NCBI GenBank assembly: GCA_040380225.1 | Contig: JBEIJN010000006.1 | Location: forward strand, 11,434-75,433 | Direction of reading: 5' to 3' | Length of the DNA: 64,000 nt | DNA from: Verrucomicrobiia bacterium | Lineage (GTDB): Bacteria; Verrucomicrobiota; Verrucomicrobiia; Chthoniobacterales; UBA6821 | In this document: piece after piece, positions 60,617 through 64,000 of the stretch | Layout of the letters: every line of letters starts with the position of its first letter | Numbering within the stretch: the stretch's first letter is position 1 | Translations under genes and position numbers: made by a program | Notes under the pieces: generated by a model | Database searches by the model: none | Told to the model about the DNA's origin: nothing | The model's input: only the letters and a program-made list of their open reading frames with translations

Positions 60617-60697
60617 GGGTGCGGAGCATAATCCGAAGGCCTTCCGTGATGTCAAAGAAATTGCCCCGGCTTCGCTTCTTCGCGAGGATTACCGGCG

Positions 60698-61642
60698 ATG
60701 CTTCTGGCCTACTACGTTCATGACCTGAGCCCCTTTCTCGTGCAGTTCGGGGGATTCGGCCTGCGTTGGTACGGGCTTTCTTATCTGGCGGGGTTCCTTG
60801 TCGGGATCCTGCTTTACCGGAAACTGGCCCGGCGCGGTTATTCCGACCTGCGTCCCGATCAGGTTGCCGATTTTATCACCATGGGGGCTCTCTTCGGCAT
60901 CCTGCTCGGAGGGAGGCTTGGATACATGCTCTTTTACGATCCGGAGCGTTTTTTCCATGACCCGCTTGTTTTTTTTCGAGTCTGGGAAGGGGGGATGGCC
61001 AGTCACGGAGGCATCATCGGCCTCACGATCTTCACGTTCTGGTATGCAAGGAAGCATCGACTCTCCTTCCGCAACCTGGGTGATAACCTCGTCGTGGTTG
61101 CTCCGGTCGGACTCTTCTTCGGGCGCTGTGCGAACTTCATCAATGGCGAACTCTACGGACGGATTACCGATGTGTTCTGGGCCGTGCAGTTTCCCAAGGA
61201 GATCTTTCTCTATACCCCGGAGCATCTCGACCGCCTGCTCGCCAAGACCTCGGCCATCGATCCCGCGTTCGCCTCTCCGGATGCCGTGATCGCAGGAGTC
61301 GCCGCCTCTCCGGCCCTGCGCGACCTGCTCGCCGTGGAAATCTCACCACGTTATCCCTCGCAGTTGGTGGAGGCGGGGCTGGAGGGGGTCGTTCTCTTCC
61401 TTCTGCTCTGGACACTCAGGACGAGGGTGCGGCTTGCCGACGGGGTGCTCTGCGGCATCTTCTTCATCGTTTACGCACTCCTGCGCATTTTGGGCGAGTG
61501 CTTCCGGGAGCCGGACGCTCCGCTGACCGGGGGGCTCACCCGCGGCCAGTTCCTCTCCCTCTTCATGATCGTGATCGGTCTGCTCTTCCTTCTCTCCGCC
61601 GGCCTCAAGCCGCGATATCGGAGGGGATTGGGAAAAACCTGA
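60698..61642 (+). CDS. lgt: Prolipoprotein diacylglyceryl transferase
   Basis: RWYG, GGRLGY, WEGGMASHGG, GRCANFINGELYGR, PSQL.E, EcFREPD. Confidence 0.96.
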   Translation: MLLAYYVHDLSPFLVQFGGFGLRWYGLSYLAGFLVGILLYRKLARRGYSDLRPDQVADFITMGALFGILLGGRLGYMLFYDPERFFHDPLVFFRVWEGGMASHGGIIGLTIFTFWYARKHRLSFRNLGDNLVVVAPVGLFFGRCANFINGELYGRITDVFWAVQFPKEIFLYTPEHLDRLLAKTSAIDPAFASPDAVIAGVAASPALRDLLAVEISPRYPSQLVEAGLEGVVLFLLLWTLRTRVRLADGVLCGIFFIVYALLRILGECFREPDAPLTGGLTRGQFLSLFMIVIGLLFLLSAGLKPRYRRGLGKT

Positions 61643-61776
61643 AGCTTGAAACTTGAAACCTGAAGTTGGATTTCAAAGAAAGAGTTTCTCTTCTTTGGAA
61701 GTCCATCATGGATTTCTGTCCGTTTCGGCTTTTGTATTATACTGAATCTGCAGCTATTTCAGGTTTCAGGTTTCAC
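61635..61776. repeat. Inverted 7-mer arms (TGAAACC/GGTTTCA type)
   Basis: AAACCTGAAGCTTGAAACTTGAAACCTGAA ... TTTCAGGTTTCAGGTTTCAC; the left arm overlaps the lgt stop. Confidence 0.7.
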
Positions 61777-61792
61777 CTTTCCGGTCTCTTCC

Positions 61793-63079
61793 ATGCTTCC
61801 CTCCGATCCTGATCATCTCCTCAAGAGCCTGTTGGTGGGCGGGTCGCTAGGCGCATTGATCGGGTTGGAGCGCCAGTGGGATGAGCAGTTCCGTCATCAC
61901 CGCGCCAAGATACTCGCCGGCCTGCGGACCTTCACTCTCTGGGCGCTTTTCGGCGTGCTCTGTGCCTGGTTCTCCGAGTCGGTTCATCCGCTTTTCTTCG
62001 TGGCCGGTTTTGCGGCGATGGCCGTCTGGTTGACCCTCTTCCTGCAGAGTCGCAATCGGGCAGGAGGTGATCCCGGATTCACGACGGGTGCCGCAGGTAT
62101 GGTCACCTTCCTGACTGGCGGACTTGTTTTCTGGGGGATGGAACGTGTGGCGCTGGTCCTCGCCGTAAGCGTGATCATCCTGCTGGCTATGAAGCCGGCG
62201 CTGCACCGCTTCACGCGCGGGATCACCATGGAGGATGTCCGCTCCGCGTTGAAATTCGCGGCCGTCACGGGGGTCATCCTGCCGCTTGTCCCGGACGAGC
62301 CAATGGGTCCTTACGGAGCCTTTAACCCCCACATCGTCTGGATGATGGTCGTGCTCGTTTCCGGCGTGGCTTTCGTCGGTTATCTTGCGGTCCGCGTTCT
62401 GGGGCAGCGTAACGGGATCGCCCTTGCCGGAGTGCTGGGCGGCCTTGCCTCGAGCACGGCCACGACTCTGGCGATGAGCCGACAGAGCCGTGAGCGCCCC
62501 TCGCAGTCACGTGACTGTGCGCTGGCCGTCCTGCTGGCCTGCACCGTCATGGTCTGGAGGGTGGCGATTATGGTGGGAGCCGTCAGCACCACGATGTTAT
62601 CGGCGATCTGGCCTTCCCTGCTTGTCATTTCCCTTCCGGGGCTTCTCTGGTGCCTTTGGCGTTTGCTGCACGGGGGATCGGGTGCGGCTGATACGGGCGA
62701 CCTGAGCCACTACGGCAATCCGTTGCGACTGCGCGTGGCCTTTCAGTTTGCGGCTCTCTACGCCGTGATCATCCTGGCGGTCAAGGCGACCATCGCCAGC
62801 CTCGGCAACTCCGGTCTGCTGGTTCTTAGCAGCTTGTCGGGGCTCATTGACTTGGATGCCATCACGCTCTCTCTCTCCCAGATGACTCTCTCTGGATCAC
62901 TTGCTTCGGTGACCGCCATCCGGGGAATCCTCCTCGCCATCCTTGCCAACACGGTCGTCAAGGCGCTGTTTGCCGCGTTCTACGGCTCACCGGCTTTAAG
63001 GCGCGAGGTCTACGCCGTGCTCGGGGTCACTGCTCTCTCCGCGCTCGCCGCCTGCCGTTTCCTGGTGGGACACTCCTAA
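61793..63079 (+). CDS. MgtC/SapB + DUF4010 membrane protein
   Basis: GALIGLERQ, AGLRTF, LPLVP, W.MVVLVS, GGLASSTATT, D.DAITLS, N..VK. Confidence 0.88.
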   Translation: MLPSDPDHLLKSLLVGGSLGALIGLERQWDEQFRHHRAKILAGLRTFTLWALFGVLCAWFSESVHPLFFVAGFAAMAVWLTLFLQSRNRAGGDPGFTTGAAGMVTFLTGGLVFWGMERVALVLAVSVIILLAMKPALHRFTRGITMEDVRSALKFAAVTGVILPLVPDEPMGPYGAFNPHIVWMMVVLVSGVAFVGYLAVRVLGQRNGIALAGVLGGLASSTATTLAMSRQSRERPSQSRDCALAVLLACTVMVWRVAIMVGAVSTTMLSAIWPSLLVISLPGLLWCLWRLLHGGSGAADTGDLSHYGNPLRLRVAFQFAALYAVIILAVKATIASLGNSGLLVLSSLSGLIDLDAITLSLSQMTLSGSLASVTAIRGILLAILANTVVKALFAAFYGSPALRREVYAVLGVTALSALAACRFLVGHS

Positions 63080-63092
63080 ACGCAACACCCCT

Positions 63093-63860
63093 TTACCGTT
63101 TCGGTTGCTTTCCAAGCAACTTCTCGACGCGGATTGCGTCGGCGGGTGTGTCGACCCCAATGCCGCGGTGATTGGTTTGGATCACCCTGATCGGGATGCC
63201 GTGCTCCAGCGCGCGGAGTTGCTCAAGCTTCTCACACTGCTCGAGCGGGGTGGGGGCGAAGCGGACCAGTTTTTGCAGGATGTCGCGGCGGTATCCGTAG
63301 ATGCCGAGGTGAAGCATCGGGGTGACGGCGCTCGACTTGTCCTTGGAGTCGCGGTGGAAGGGGATCCTGCTCCTCGAAAAATAGAGGGCGTCGCCCGATG
63401 CCGCAGTCACGACCTTCACGCAGTTGGGATCATCGGCCTCCTTGGGATCGTGGAAAGGAGTGGCGGCCGTGATCATGGCGATCTTCGGATCACGGGTCAG
63501 TGAGGCTGCCAGATCACCTATCAGGGCGGGATCGATGAGCGGTTCGTCCCCCTGGACATTGATGAAGTGGGTGACGCCGCGTAGTCGCGAGGCGACTTCG
63601 GCGATCCTGTCGGTGCCGCTCGGGTGATCGGCGGCGGTCATGACGACCTCGGCGCCGAATTCCCGCGCGGCCTTCGCGATCCGTTCGTCGTCGGTGGCGA
63701 TCAGGACTTTGGAGATCTTTTTGGCCAACAGCGAGCGTTCCCAGACGTGCTGAACAAGCGGTTTGCCGGCAATGAGGTGGAGGCACTTGCCGGGAAAGCG
63801 CGTCGAACCCCAGCGTGCCGGGATGACGAGGGCGATCTTGGGTGGTGATTTTTTCGGCAT
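63093..63860 (-). CDS. kdsB: 3-deoxy-manno-octulosonate cytidylyltransferase
   Basis: IPARWGSTRFPGK, SGTDR, NVQGDEP, ALYFSRS.IP, EKLEQLRALE. Confidence 0.96.
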   Translation of the reverse strand: MPKKSPPKIALVIPARWGSTRFPGKCLHLIAGKPLVQHVWERSLLAKKISKVLIATDDERIAKAAREFGAEVVMTAADHPSGTDRIAEVASRLRGVTHFINVQGDEPLIDPALIGDLAASLTRDPKIAMITAATPFHDPKEADDPNCVKVVTAASGDALYFSRSRIPFHRDSKDKSSAVTPMLHLGIYGYRRDILQKLVRFAPTPLEQCEKLEQLRALEHGIPIRVIQTNHRGIGVDTPADAIRVEKLLGKQPKR

Positions 63861-63871
63861 GGTGGAGTCGG

Positions 63872-64000
63872 TCAGGATGCGAGCGCGATGCGGATTGCCT
63901 CGGTGACGGTGGGGGCGCAATGGTCGGGACTGCACTCCGCGGTCTTTCGGCCATAACCTGTCTCGACCAGGATCGTGCGCACGCCGGCGCTGCGGCCGCA
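63872..64000 (-). CDS. gmhB: 3' end of a HAD-IIIA phosphatase (GmhB-like), partial
   Basis: CGRSAGVRTILVETGYG...ALAS*; lies directly upstream of kdsB. Confidence 0.7.
   Translation of the reverse strand, partial: CGRSAGVRTILVETGYGRKTAECSPDHCAPTVTEAIRIALAS

Overview
GC-rich bacterial chromosomal segment. Gene content and protein style suggest Verrucomicrobiota (Chthoniobacterales-like); this is an inference. Most of the window is housekeeping and metabolic: end of a bat operon, pckG, nuoH-N, recF, an ABC exporter plus two GT-B-like proteins, a LacI-araBAD locus, tmk-holB-proB, thiH-thiS, a U32 protein, PIN-PhoH, lysA, ligA, argD, yggS, 2-oxoacid dehydrogenase E1a/E1b/E2, lgt, kdsB and a partial gmhB. 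I found no rRNA, tRNA, CRISPR array or intact transposase. The unusual biology is mostly intergenic. (1) Many spacers are bracketed by inverted arrays of 7-9 bp tandem repeats. One such pair, (ATCAGGAA)3...(TTCCTGAT)3, frames an AT-richer GxxExxY nuclease-fold gene, and nearly identical arms recur with no gene after ligA, suggesting an autonomous/non-autonomous element system. (2) There are several MITE families, including ACCCG-ended ones next to TAA stop codons. (3) A ~103 bp hairpin element occurs twice with compensatory base changes. (4) An orphan integron-like cassette carries a degenerate attC. (5) A sodium:solute symporter gene after araD is collapsed to 42 codons. (6) Three tandem secreted helical proteins carry 1, 2 and 3 copies of one Spy/CpxP-like module.
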